Shown: one piece after another, positions 25,944-37,730 of the stretch
Layout of the letters: each line of letters opens with the position of its first letter
Numbering within the stretch: the first letter of the stretch is position 1
Assembly: GCA_002104945.1 (NCBI GenBank)
Contig: MCFH01000059.1
Coordinates: 248,001-312,000 of the forward strand
Direction of reading: 5' to 3'
Length of the DNA stretch: 64,000 nt
DNA from: Piromyces finnis finn
Lineage: Eukaryota > Fungi > Neocallimastigomycota
The notes under the pieces: generated by a model
What the model saw: the letters and a program-made list of their open reading frames with translations, nothing else
What the model was told of the DNA's origin: nothing
The model's database searches: none
Translations under genes and position numbers: made by a program

Positions 25944-28884
25944 TTAGTTCCTTCTTTTTTTTAACAATTTTGCTTCTTCTCTTAATTCATCCCATTCATC
26001 TTCCATTTCTTTTTTTCTTTTTTCGGCTTCTTTTTTCATTTCTTCTTCTTTTTTAATAGCTAAAACCATATTACGAGTTTTCGCATCTCTCTTTCTTTCA
26101 CGTTTTTCTCTTCTTTCTAATCTTCTTTCCTTTAATTGTTTTTTTTGTGACCATGCTTCATTTTTACCACTTTTCTTTCCTTTTTTTGATTTATTATTTA
26201 ATTTTCCTTCTTTTTCTTTTTGTAATCTAGCTTGTCTTTGTTTTTCTCTATTTTTATCTTTATATTTTATTGTTTCAGGCTATAAATTTTAAGTTACATT
26301 AAATATATATATGCATATTCTATCGGTTATTATTACTTATATATTATTACTTTTATATTATTATACATTTATATATTTAAAAATGCTTAAATTATTAATT
26401 TATATACTAACATCGATATTAAGCCCTTTATATTCAATTTTTTTATTCTTTAATTCAGGCATTCTTGGAAGCTTTAAAAATAATTGTTAAAAAATAAAAG
26501 TTACCATTAAATGATAAATATATACTAATTTATATTTTTTAATGATATTTACTCTTAATAAACCATATGCTTCTGCTACTAATGCAATATCAACATTTTT
26601 AAATCTAAAAATAAAAGAAACTTGATGTTCGTTATATGCTCTAACCCAACTTACAAAAGCTTTTACACTCTATTCATGAAAATAAAATAAATTAAATAAT
26701 AGGTTAAATATTTTGACATATATAATATAATTTATAATATATAAATATTGTTACCTTTTCATATAATTCTCTATCCTTGGAATTTTTATCAAGTAATTGT
26801 TCATTAATTAGCTTTGAATTTATTATTGAGGTTTTTTCATTTTCTGTGCTTTCAAAATCTTCATCTTCATACTTTTTAATTTCTTTCATAGGTATTTTTC
26901 TTATTTTTAAAAAATCTTTAAAATAAACAAACAAAAATATAATTGAAGAAATAAATAAATAAAAAAAAGCATTATATTATATTATATTATATAAGATACT
27001 TATTTAAAATGTTTACCAACATAAGTGTCTTCTTTTGGTGTTAAAAATACAACAGCTTTTCCTTTTTTACCTAACCTTGCTGTTCTACCACAACGATGTG
27101 CAAAACATTTTGGATCTTGAGGAGGATCTATTTGAATAACCCAATCAACATCAGGAATATCTAAACCACGAGCTGCCACATCAGTACATAACAAAATTGA
27201 TGAACCAATAGCACTTATAAAATTTTTATAAACATCTAATAACATCAAGTATTAAATAAAAAATAAATATAACGAAAGGTATATAAAGCTTTATTGCTAC
27301 ATATTCATTTAATAATTAATATTTACTTTCTCGCCTTTTTGGATCCATTTTACCATGAAGTGAAAATAATGAATAATTTTCAAATAATGGTAATGAATTT
27401 AATGCTTTGAAATAATAATCAACACATGAACAGGTAGCAAAATAAACAATAAATTTTTTATCTGGTTCATTTTTAAGGATATGACAAAATTGTGCTATTT
27501 TTTCATTATTTTTACATATCAAATAGCATATATCCAAACTTTTCCATAAAATTTTTAATTTAATTAAATATATACATTAATATTCAAAAATATATACATT
27601 AATATTCAAATATATGCATTAATATCCACCTTTGTGGAGTTCTTTGAATATCCTTTGTAGAGATATCTTCAACCTTTACCATAATTCTAACAGGATTCCT
27701 TAAACCAGCTTTTATTAAATCAGTCAAGGCATCAGACATTGTTGCTGAAAAAAGACCAGTTCTACGTTGTTTCGGAAGATTTAAAAAAATATTTCTAAGA
27801 GATTTTTCAAATCCCATATCAAGTAATCTTATGTGTAATATTTAAAAAAATATTTCAATTAAAAAATTAAAATAAAACAATTAAAAAAATTAAAATTCAT
27901 TATTACTATTATGATTATTATTCACTATTTATTATTGAAAATTATATATGCATATATATATTCATCTATACCTATCAGCTTCATCTAAAATTAAAACTTC
28001 TAAATCATTAGTATTAAATATTACATGTCTTTTAAGTAAATCTTCTAAACGACCCGGAGTACCAATAATAATATTACCACCAAATTTTTGAAATTTTTGT
28101 ATATCTTCTTGAACAGAATTACCACCAATGAATAATTGTGTAGTAATTACAAATTTATTATTAATTTTATTTTGGTCATCTAATTCCAATCCTTCTATTT
28201 CTTCAACTTTTTCGGTAGTTTCATCCATACAGCCCATAGCTTCTAATAAATGAGTACATACATCATAAATTTGTTTTGCTAATTCACTGATAAATCAATG
28301 AATTTTTATAATTTAAATTAATAGATTTAATAGATTGAATTAGCAATTTTTATTTTCATGTTCTATTAGTTTATGTCAAAATATTTTATACCGAGTTGGA
28401 CTAATAATTATTGCTTCTATTTTTTTTTTGCTTAATTTAATTTCACTCTTCTTTATCATTTCAATTATTGGAATTAAAAAAGCTAAAGTTTTCCCAGAAC
28501 CAGTAACAGCCTTTAAATAAATTAAATATTTAATATTAACACTTAATATTTAATGTTTTATTTAAATTAATCTTTACATTATAAAATTTACTTCAACAAT
28601 AACATCCTTACTATTAAGAAATAAAGGAATGGTAGACGCTTGAACAGGAGTCATTTGAGTATAACCCAATAATGATAATGCTTGTAATCTTTAATTTTAT
28701 GTTTGCATTTGAATATTTATTAAGTTATATTTTATTATTCCATTAATAAAAAAAAAGTTATAATCATTTTAATTAAGCAATTAGCATAAAAATGAAAATA
28801 TTAAAATAAAGGAAATATTTACGTATCATCCATTAATTTTGGATTCAATGAATCCCAAGTCCCTGCATTGGCAATTGATTCCAT
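25944..28884 (-). CDS. SPB4: ATP-dependent DEAD-box RNA helicase of 60S biogenesis (Spb4/DDX55), multi-exon
   Basis: Spliced exons give [55 protein letters not shown] and a basic C-tail [16 protein letters not shown]. The exact stop depends on the length of a homopolymer. Confidence 0.9.
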
Positions 28885-29177
28885 ATTATTTTTACAATTA
28901 TTTTTAAAATTTGAATAATTTTTTTTTTTTTAAACTAAAGGAATAAAAAAAATAAATTTTAATTCTTATTTTATTTTATTGGCCAAAATTAAAAATTTCA
29001 AAAAAAAAATTTTTTTTGAAATTTTTAACCAGAACATCTATTAAGATTAGGATAAATATCAATAATTATTGTTATAATTATGAAAATATCTTATATAAAA
29101 TATAAATTATAAACCTTAATTATTATAAATTGGTAAATTTATAATAATTACATAAAATCCATAAATTTATTCATTAC

Positions 29178-32100
29178 TGTCAGAATATGTGAAACGTTAT
29201 GACACATACATTAAAATGTATTAAAACGTATTTGTATGTATTATATTTGATTATATATTTAAGCCATAATGTAAATGTATAAATACATGTAATTTGAATA
29301 GAATGTAACGATAATAGTTCTTTATTATGAAAATATATTAATAAAGTTGTTATAATTATAAAACCTAAATTAACCAACACCTAATAGATTAAGAATCTCA
29401 ATGACTCTCATTGACTCTCAGATGATTCTCTGAAAGATGAATCAAACCGCCGGACACGACATTATGTCATAGGAGAAAACTATTGGAAATTCTAATCCCT
29501 ACAATATAAGTTTATGAAATTTAGAGATTTAGTTTTGAGATTTCAAGATTTCAAAGTTTTAAGTCACAAAATTGCCTAATTAATTATTATGACTATATAG
29601 CGAAAGAAAACCCCACCCAAGAAACATGGAATATTGATAATATTATATTTTAGATATGAAATAATTTAGATTTAGATCTTAAATTTAAAAATAAACAAAT
29701 TTATAATTATATTTAAATTTGAAATTTAAACCTTTTAAATATAAACTTAAAATTTTAAAATCTAGAAAATAAACAAATTTCAAGATATTTTAAATACTTT
29801 AGCATTTTATATTAAAGATATTAAAATTCCAATTTTAATTATTTTATTCACAACAAAAATTATAAATTATCTAGTGAACTCCAAATTTATTTTATATAAT
29901 TGTTTACAATTGAGTTTTTAAATTTCATCAAATATATTAATATTATAAATACTCCAAAGAATGAGATTAAGAAGCAAAGTAATATATTTTATAAATATTT
30001 TTTTTGACAATTTTAATTCTACCATTGGTAATTGCTGAAAATCAAAAATGTCATGTAAATAATGTCGGAACAGGTGTTTGCGTTAGAAAGGTTCAATGTA
30101 TATTAAAAAATGAACAAACTGGCAATGCTAAAGCATATCCAGGTTTTTGTAAAAATGACAGGGAAAATATTCAATGCTATATAAAAACTATCAATAGACT
30201 TACAGATGGAACAGATCTTCCAAGTACTGGAAAATGTAAAAATATAGATGACTGTTCAGAAGAATCTTACATAAGATATGAGAACCAATGCCCGGGAACT
30301 AGTGCTGTTCAACTATGCGCTCCAAAGTCAAATAAAAATCAATGTAAAAACAGAAATGGATTCATTGGTATTTGTATTGAGAAGAATACTTGTATTACAA
30401 GAGGAGGTCATTACGAAGATAACAATTGTCCAAATGATGGAAAATCCATAAAATGTTGTGATTCTATTCCTTGTAAAAAGGATAATGTTGAAGAACAATG
30501 TATGTTCAAACATAATTCCATAGATAATAAATACAGTGAATTTAAAGATTTATGTCCAGGAGAAAGTGATTTTCTATGTTATATCGAAAAACCAAAGGTT
30601 ATTTATTTGAAGGCTAAGGAAAATATAGGCTCAAATGTATGATTTCGATTTAAAAAAAGACAAGCAGAATTGAATGATAAGGTATTTTTTAATGTTGGGG
30701 AATATAAATGTAATCTTTTTGTTTACGAAATTCTTTTAGCTTCCGGCATTGATATTAGAACGTCAAATAAATTAAAAAAATCTAAACATCCCTTCTTAGC
30801 TGCAAAAAGTCAACTTGATAGACCACCATGTACTACAGATTGGTTCGATAATATGGTTAAATATTTTGAACCTATTATTGATATAACTAAAGCCAAAATT
30901 GGTGACATTATTATTAATGGTGAGCATATCGGTATTGTTTCTGGACCTAGGACAACAATTAGTGCGAGTGCAATGGAATCCAAAATAGTAAATAACGAAT
31001 GGGGTTATAGAGGAGACGAAGGAACAATTAAAGTATTCAAATATGACCCTACGTATCTTCCTATTACACGAATCTCCAACGTCCAAGAAATAATCTCTGA
31101 GGTTGATACCAGTTCATTTTATGATGATGTAGATGATATTATACATTTATGTAAGGATTACCCAGAAGAATGTGAAGAAGAAACAATTTCTGATAATAAC
31201 CTAAAAACCAGCGGAATCTCTAACATCAAATACTTCTCCTTCTTTAGTACTTTTATAATGTTCACATTCATTTTGTTTTTGACTTGACAAACACATACTA
31301 TATTTTAGATTTTCCAAATTAACTTGATATTGATCTACTCATTATGTCAATTTACATACAATATCATTAAATATCCATATATTCAATTATGAAATATTTA
31401 TTCATAAATGTCAATGTGTAATTGCACAATTCTACCGATATCCCATTTTATATTTAACCCTAACCCATCAATAACAATGTAGCACCTTCATAGTAAGGGC
31501 TCCTTAGATTTAGATGACATTGATTCATCATATATATTTATTACCAACATTCAAGAATGCTGTGACGCCGTTTTAAATTTTAATTTACGGTGATTTTAGA
31601 AACCTCATATATAAATCGCCACTTTCAACGTAGTGAGTGATCGCCGACCAATTAGCTGACATTCTAATTAACCGAGCCAACTTCGATATAATTTAGAAGA
31701 GCTTTATTCTCTTCAACTATCGATATTTTAAATGTCATTATCTTACCATATTAACTTGTTATAATTTTACTGGTATATCTACTTATTTTAATTTGAAGTA
31801 AAGAAATAAATATTTGAGGAATATTTTATTTATTTGTTTGATCTTTTATGATAATCACAACATTAAAGTATATTATTTCACGATATTTTAAAGGATAGGC
31901 AATTGAGAAAAATGAATGAAAACATTAGAATATGTTATTTATTATTTATATAGGTATTAATACTTATTGTATATGTTATGGAAATTTATTCATTATTATG
32001 AAAATTTGATGCAACAATGAATGAAATTTTATGATATTTAAATTTCTCATTTTCAAATCTAAATATTTATTACTAAACATCTAGATTTGAGGGGGAAGTA

Positions 32101-32432
32101 GTGAACATATAAAATTTAAAATTCAAGAAAATAATATTTGTTTCTAGTTAAACATTGGAAGAAATTAAAACATTATATAGAAACTAAGGCTTAACATATG
32201 GAAGAATGATTTTAAAATTAAAATTAGAATATATATGAAAGATTTAATACATAAATAAAACAAAATTTAAAAGGCAAATTAAATATTTTTAAATTCTATA
32301 AGAATAATTAATCAATACAAAGAAAAACACCTAAAAGAAAATGTTAGATACATGTAATTTGAATAGAATGTAATGATAGTAGTTCTTTATCATAAAAATA
32401 TATTAATAAAGTTGACATAATTATAAACAATA
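29178..32432 (+). mobile_element. Putative non-autonomous Copia-derived element carrying a cargo gene
   Basis: LTR-like 29178-29386 (TG...TAATA), PBS 29387-29400, degenerate RNase H tail DQLADIL at 31646-31666 and PPT GATTTGAGGGGGAAG at 32084-32098. A second LTR-like block shares about 80 bp (32348-32427 vs 29282-29362). No TSD found. Confidence 0.6.
29961..31287 (+). pseudogene. Secreted Cys-rich-repeat NlpC/P60/CHAP-like (papain-fold) enzyme with a GPI-like C-tail; one frameshift and one in-frame TGA
   Basis: ATG at 29961 joins ORF 30004 if one T is removed from the T8 run. TGA at 30640-30642 is in frame with ORF 30670. Contains four CxxxxGxC...CP...C repeats, YKCNLFVYEIL (Cys), GDIIINGEHIGIV (His) and a hydrophobic C-terminus. 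Confidence 0.72.
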
Positions 32433-32763
32433 GTTATTTTCAATAATTAGTAATAAGTTTAGTTTTAGTATTATAAAATATATTATGAATATAATCATGT
32501 ATTGAAAAGTTATTTTATTATTAAATGTAAAATTACAAATAGTATAAATAGTTTAGAATAGTTTATGAAATTAAAAGTCTTTGTATAGATTATTAACAAT
32601 AATTAATACTTAATGAGTATTGCTATTAAATAATCTTATTATTATATTCTTTATTAATATATTATTTAAATAAAATAAAAGGAAATTATTTTAATCACAA
32701 TAATTATTCGTTTATAAAACAATTAAAATTATTTTAATAAAACTTTTTTACTAACCTAGTTAT

Positions 32764-33475
32764 TGCAAAATAATAATTTTAAAACTGATTATTATTTTTA
32801 CAATAAAATACAAAAAATATAAAAAAGTTAAACACTAAAATTAATAAATAAAAGTTTCAATTAATATTTCTTTTTAAAGGTTATTAATTATATAATAGTC
32901 AATAACAACTACGTTTATTTAAAATTTGGAAAAAATACATGTATTTATGTGTTTTTTCATTTACATTCATTATATATATTTTTCATTCAATTATACATAT
33001 ATTTAATATAAAATAAACAAAACTAATTAATACAAATTTAAATAAATAAAATAATAAAAACTAGACTAAAACAAATTAAATACACTTTTGATTCAATTTT
33101 AGTAAACTGCAAATTAAATACAGTCCATGTATTATTTATATATTATTTTAATATTAATAATACTATTTATAATATAGTTCTTATTAAAAAAAAATTATTT
33201 TAAAACTACGCTAAAGTTATTAAACTAATTTTAATTAAATAAAAACTTTTTTAAGATTTAATTTGAATATTTAAAATATTTAAATTTAATTATCCATTAA
33301 TTTAAATATTTATCCAAATTTCATTTCTTAACCTTGATATTTTAAAATTAATTATTATTTAATTATTCCATAAAATTTATTGAATAAATTTTATAAATAA
33401 TTTCCATTGAAATATCAAGATTTTTATTTAACAATTATTAATTAATTATTAAATATTTAAAGATATATCTTTACA
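32764..33475 (-). mobile_element. Old solo LTR, family B-like
   Basis: Degenerate TGCAAAA...ATCTTTACA, homology to family B, TSD GTTAT. Confidence 0.8.
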
Positions 33476-33929
33476 GTTATCTTTTAATCTTTTATTTAAT
33501 TATTAAATCATAAGTTTAGTAAAACTTTTACATTAATTATTTAATATTATTTTGTGATAAATTTTATTATTAAAGTTTATTTATATGTAAATATAAATAG
33601 GTAATTACATTGAATAAATTTATGGAAATATAAAACCTTTTATACTACAACGTGGCATAGTATTTTATACAAGGTTAATCATATGAATAATTTATAACTA
33701 GTCCATAAAAATAATATACTTAATCACATAAAATACATAACATTGAGGTTAATTATATTAATACTAAGATTATATTTATAATATATCAATTATCAAATAA
33801 ATATTAAATTTTAATTAATAAATAATATATAAAATTCTTTTTATATTCTAACACTCCCCCTCAAATCAGTTTTTCTTTAATTATTAAAAACTTGATTTGT
33901 AAAATTTTTCATTTTAATTCCATCTACAT

Positions 33930-36498
33930 CTTTTGTTAAAATATCTGCTAGCATTTTGTCTGTTCTTATATACTCCAGTTTTATCTTATTTTTTTTATAT
34001 TGTCTTTATTAAAATGATATTTTATACTTATGTGTTTTAACTTGGTATTTAGTTCTCCATTTTCGATTGTTGTTTTGCTAGCTAAATTGTCTGTAAAAAT
34101 TGTAATCGGTTTTTCTATTTTAAACAATTCATAAATTATATTTCTAATCCATAATATTTTCTTTGAACATTCTGTTAAACTTATGTACTCTGCTTCTGCA
34201 GTTGATGTTGTTACTGTAGTTTGTTTCTTGGATTGCCAGCTAATTGGATCTTGTTCCGTAAGAATTATGCTTCCTGATGTTGATTTTCTATCTTTTTCAT
34301 CTCCTCCAAAATCGGAGTCAGAATATCCTTGTATCTTACCTTTTCCATTATAAATAATTTTATAGCTTTTTGTTTTATTTAAATATTTAAAAATGTTCAT
34401 TACTTTTTTCCAGTCACTAACCGTAGGATTTTCTGAATTTCTAGCTGCTTTTCCTACTGAAAAAGATATATCAGGTCTTGTGCATTTTGCTATATAAATT
34501 AATGAGCCGATTGCACTTTTGTAAGTCGTTCTATCAAATGGTGTTTTATTTTCGTTTATAGTATTTTTACCAGTGCATGGAGTGTTGGCTTTTCTAGTAT
34601 TTGTAATGTTAAACTTTTGTAGCATATTATTTATAAATTGTTCTTGTGAAATAGAATATTTTTTATTATGTTCTTCAACTTTTATTCCTAATATATAGTT
34701 TATTGGTTCATATTTTGAAATTTTAAACTTATTTTTAATTCTATTTATAATCCATTTAATTTCAAATTTAATCCTGAAATAATTAAATCGTCTACGTAGA
34801 GTCCGATAATACATGTAATATTCTCCCCCTTTCTTTTCATAAAAATACAAGATTCCGAATTCAATTGGATGAATTTGTTATTTTTAAGGAAAAAAGTAAA
34901 AGTAATGTTCCATTGGCGGCCAGATTGTTTTAAGCCATACAAGGCTTTATTAAGTTTCCAGTAACTATTCCCATGGTATGGATCACGAGGAGGAATAACA
35001 GTATAAATGTCATAATCTAGGGGAGCATTAAGATATGCTGCCTTAATATCGTGTTTAATTGTAAAAACCCATTTAGTTGTAATAGGAGTTTTTCCAGGTG
35101 GTAGTTTTTTGACTAAAGTCGTAATCTTATTTGAATGTAAATTATTAAGTTCATTTTGAATAGCATCTATCCATTTATCCTTGTCTTTACAGTTAATTGC
35201 TTGTTTATATGAAAATGGTGTATCAGTAATAATATTGCATATAACGTAGTTATTAATATCATTATTTGCATTTTTACCAAGATCTATTCTTTTAGAATGA
35301 TTAGATAAATGATCACTGTTGTATCTTTTAAGTGGTAAATTGTTGACATTGTATAAATTATTTTTAATCTTTTTATTAAAAATTGTATTATCGTCTGGAT
35401 TAAAATGTTTTCTTTTAGTAGAAAGGATAATATCATTATTACATTTTGAATCAATTCTTTTAGAGTATTTTAAGTTTTCACCAAAAGAACATTTTCTTTT
35501 TGAGCCTGATTTAAATTTATATTTATCTAATTGAGAGTGGTGTTTTTTATTATTTGTATTATCACTATTATTATCATTTGTAATATTTAAATTATTATAA
35601 TTAGTAGATTCTAAATTTAAATTAATCGATTCTTCATTAATATGTGTATATTCATTTTCATTGTTAATATTAGTTGTATTTATATGTGTTTCTAAATTGT
35701 TATTTTTAGTTGTTAAATCATTATTATATAAATGTACTTTCTTGTGTTCATTATTATTATTATTCATATTAACATTTAAGTTATTATTATAAATTCGATT
35801 ATTGATAGAATTAGTTTCATTAACATTATTATTGGAGATATTTAGATTATTATTAAGAGATTGATTATTATTAATTGAATTGTTTAAATCAATATTTATA
35901 TGCCTATAATAAGTGTCTTCATTTTCAGAAAAATCGTTATTATATTAAACAAAATTTGACGATATTTTATTTCCACTACTATTACTATTACTATTACTAT
36001 TACTATTACTATTATATTACTATTACTATTACTATTACTATTACTATTACTATTACTATTACTATTACTATTACTATTACTATTACTATTACTATTACTA
36101 TTACTATTACTATTACTATTACTATTACTATTACTATTACTATTACTATTACTATTACTATTACTATTACTATTACTATTACTATTACTATTACTATTAC
36201 TATTACTATTACTATTACTATTACTATTACTATTACTATTACTATTACTATTACTATTACTATTACTATTACTATTACTATTACTATTACTATTACTATT
36301 ACTATTACTATTACTATTACTATTACTATTACTATTACTATTTTCTGGGCAAATATTTGCTGGGGATCTTAAAATATAGTTATCAACATTGAAAAGTTTT
36401 GTGTTTATTTTATTGCTAATTTTGCTGTTTGAATTACTTGAAAATATAGATTGATCTTTAGCTAAGCCAGCAGGTGTGAGTTCATCAAAAATAGCTTC
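33930..36498 (-). pseudogene. Copia-3 RT/RNase H and integrase-RT linker (internal RT deletion, frameshifts)
   Basis: ORFs 34745-35767 (KWVFTIK fused directly to DIKAAYL; LYVDD) and 33981-34850 (TRPDISF, YSDSDF, AEAEY). Confidence 0.9.
35975..36341. repeat. (TTACTA)n hexanucleotide microsatellite
   Basis: About 60 units read directly. It encodes poly(Asn-Ser) on the Copia strand. Confidence 0.98.
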
Positions 36499-37301
36499 TG
36501 TAAAGATATAAAGTATATCTTTAAATTATTTAATAATTAATTAATAATTATTGAATAATAATTTTGATATTTTAATGAAAAATTGTTTATAAAACTTATT
36601 GTATAAATTTTATGGAATAATTAAATAAAGATTAATTTTAAAATATCAAAGTTAGAAATGGAATTTGGATAAATATTTAAATTAATGGATAATTAAATTT
36701 AAATATTTTAAATATTCAAATTAAATCTTAAAAAGTTTTTATTTAATTAAAATTAGTTTAATAACTTTAGCGTAGTTTGAAATTAGCATTTTTGATTATA
36801 AATATATAATAAATAGTATTATTAATATTTAATTAATATATAGGTAATACATGGACTGTATTCAATTTGCAGTTCACTCAAATTGAATCAAAAGTGTATT
36901 TAATTAGTTTTAGTTTAGTTTATTCATTTTATTATTTAATTAAATTAGTATTAAATTAGTTTTGTTTATTTTATATTGAATATATGTATAATTAAATAGA
37001 ATAGTATATTAAAATACAATTTACAAAAAATATAAATACATGTAAAATTTCTTGATTAAAACAATGTAATTGTTATTGACTATTATTTAGTTAATAACTA
37101 AATAAAATTAATAAAAGAGATATTTTTTTAAATATAATTTATTTTCTTGTTTTTTCTTTATTTTGTGTTGTTGTTTTATTGTAAAAAATTTTATAATCTG
37201 TTTTACATTTATAAAACTTTTACAATAACAATTACCTTTGTTCTAATAAAACACGTTATAAAATTTTTTTAATAAAACATATTTAATAAAATTTTTTTTT
37301 A

Positions 37302-37495
37302 CTACCGTGTTTTAGGGACTCTCTACCTTGCTTTGAAATTTGCTACCGTGTTTAGAAACTAACTACCGCGTTTTAGGGACTCTCTACCTTACTTTGAAAT
37401 TTGCTACCGCGTAATAAAGGATTATCTACCGCGTTTTGGTATTGCTACCGTGTCATTTAGAACGACTACTTTGCTTTAGAGATATCTACCGCGTC
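37302..37495 (+). repeat. Degenerate about 20-bp periodic CTACC array in the Gypsy B leader
   Basis: CTAC(C) heads at 37302, 37323, 37343, 37363, 37384, 37404, 37426, 37445, 37466 and 37486. Confidence 0.9.
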
Positions 37496-37730
37496 CATCA
37501 TTGTACTTGTATATATTGTGGATCAACTTTATTTAATCTTCCACCAACATCTACTATTGTACTGTATTTAATTTTGTTACTATATTTTTAAGAGCTCGTC
37601 TAACACCGTTTGATAGGATAGAGTTACGACGACATCTTAATTAAAATATTGTAAAAAATTAAATAAGTAAATATTAAACATACTGGAAGAAATAAACCAA
37701 CTTTTATCTAACCTCCACTTAAACGGAAAT

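Noticed and set aside
30640-30642. TGA at Trp-equivalent positions (also 41416) suggesting TGA=Trp recoding
   Set aside because: Intact ORFs use TGG for Trp throughout, and TGA terminates ORFs (e.g. 31285-31287). Simple G>A nonsense mutations are more parsimonious.
35875-36372. 165-aa poly(Ile-Thr) ORF
   Set aside because: It is an antisense reading of the (TTACTA)n microsatellite.
37302-37495. CRISPR-like appearance of the periodic array
   Set aside because: Heads are only 5-8 nt, the tails are related to each other, there are no cas genes, and it lies in a eukaryotic retroelement leader.
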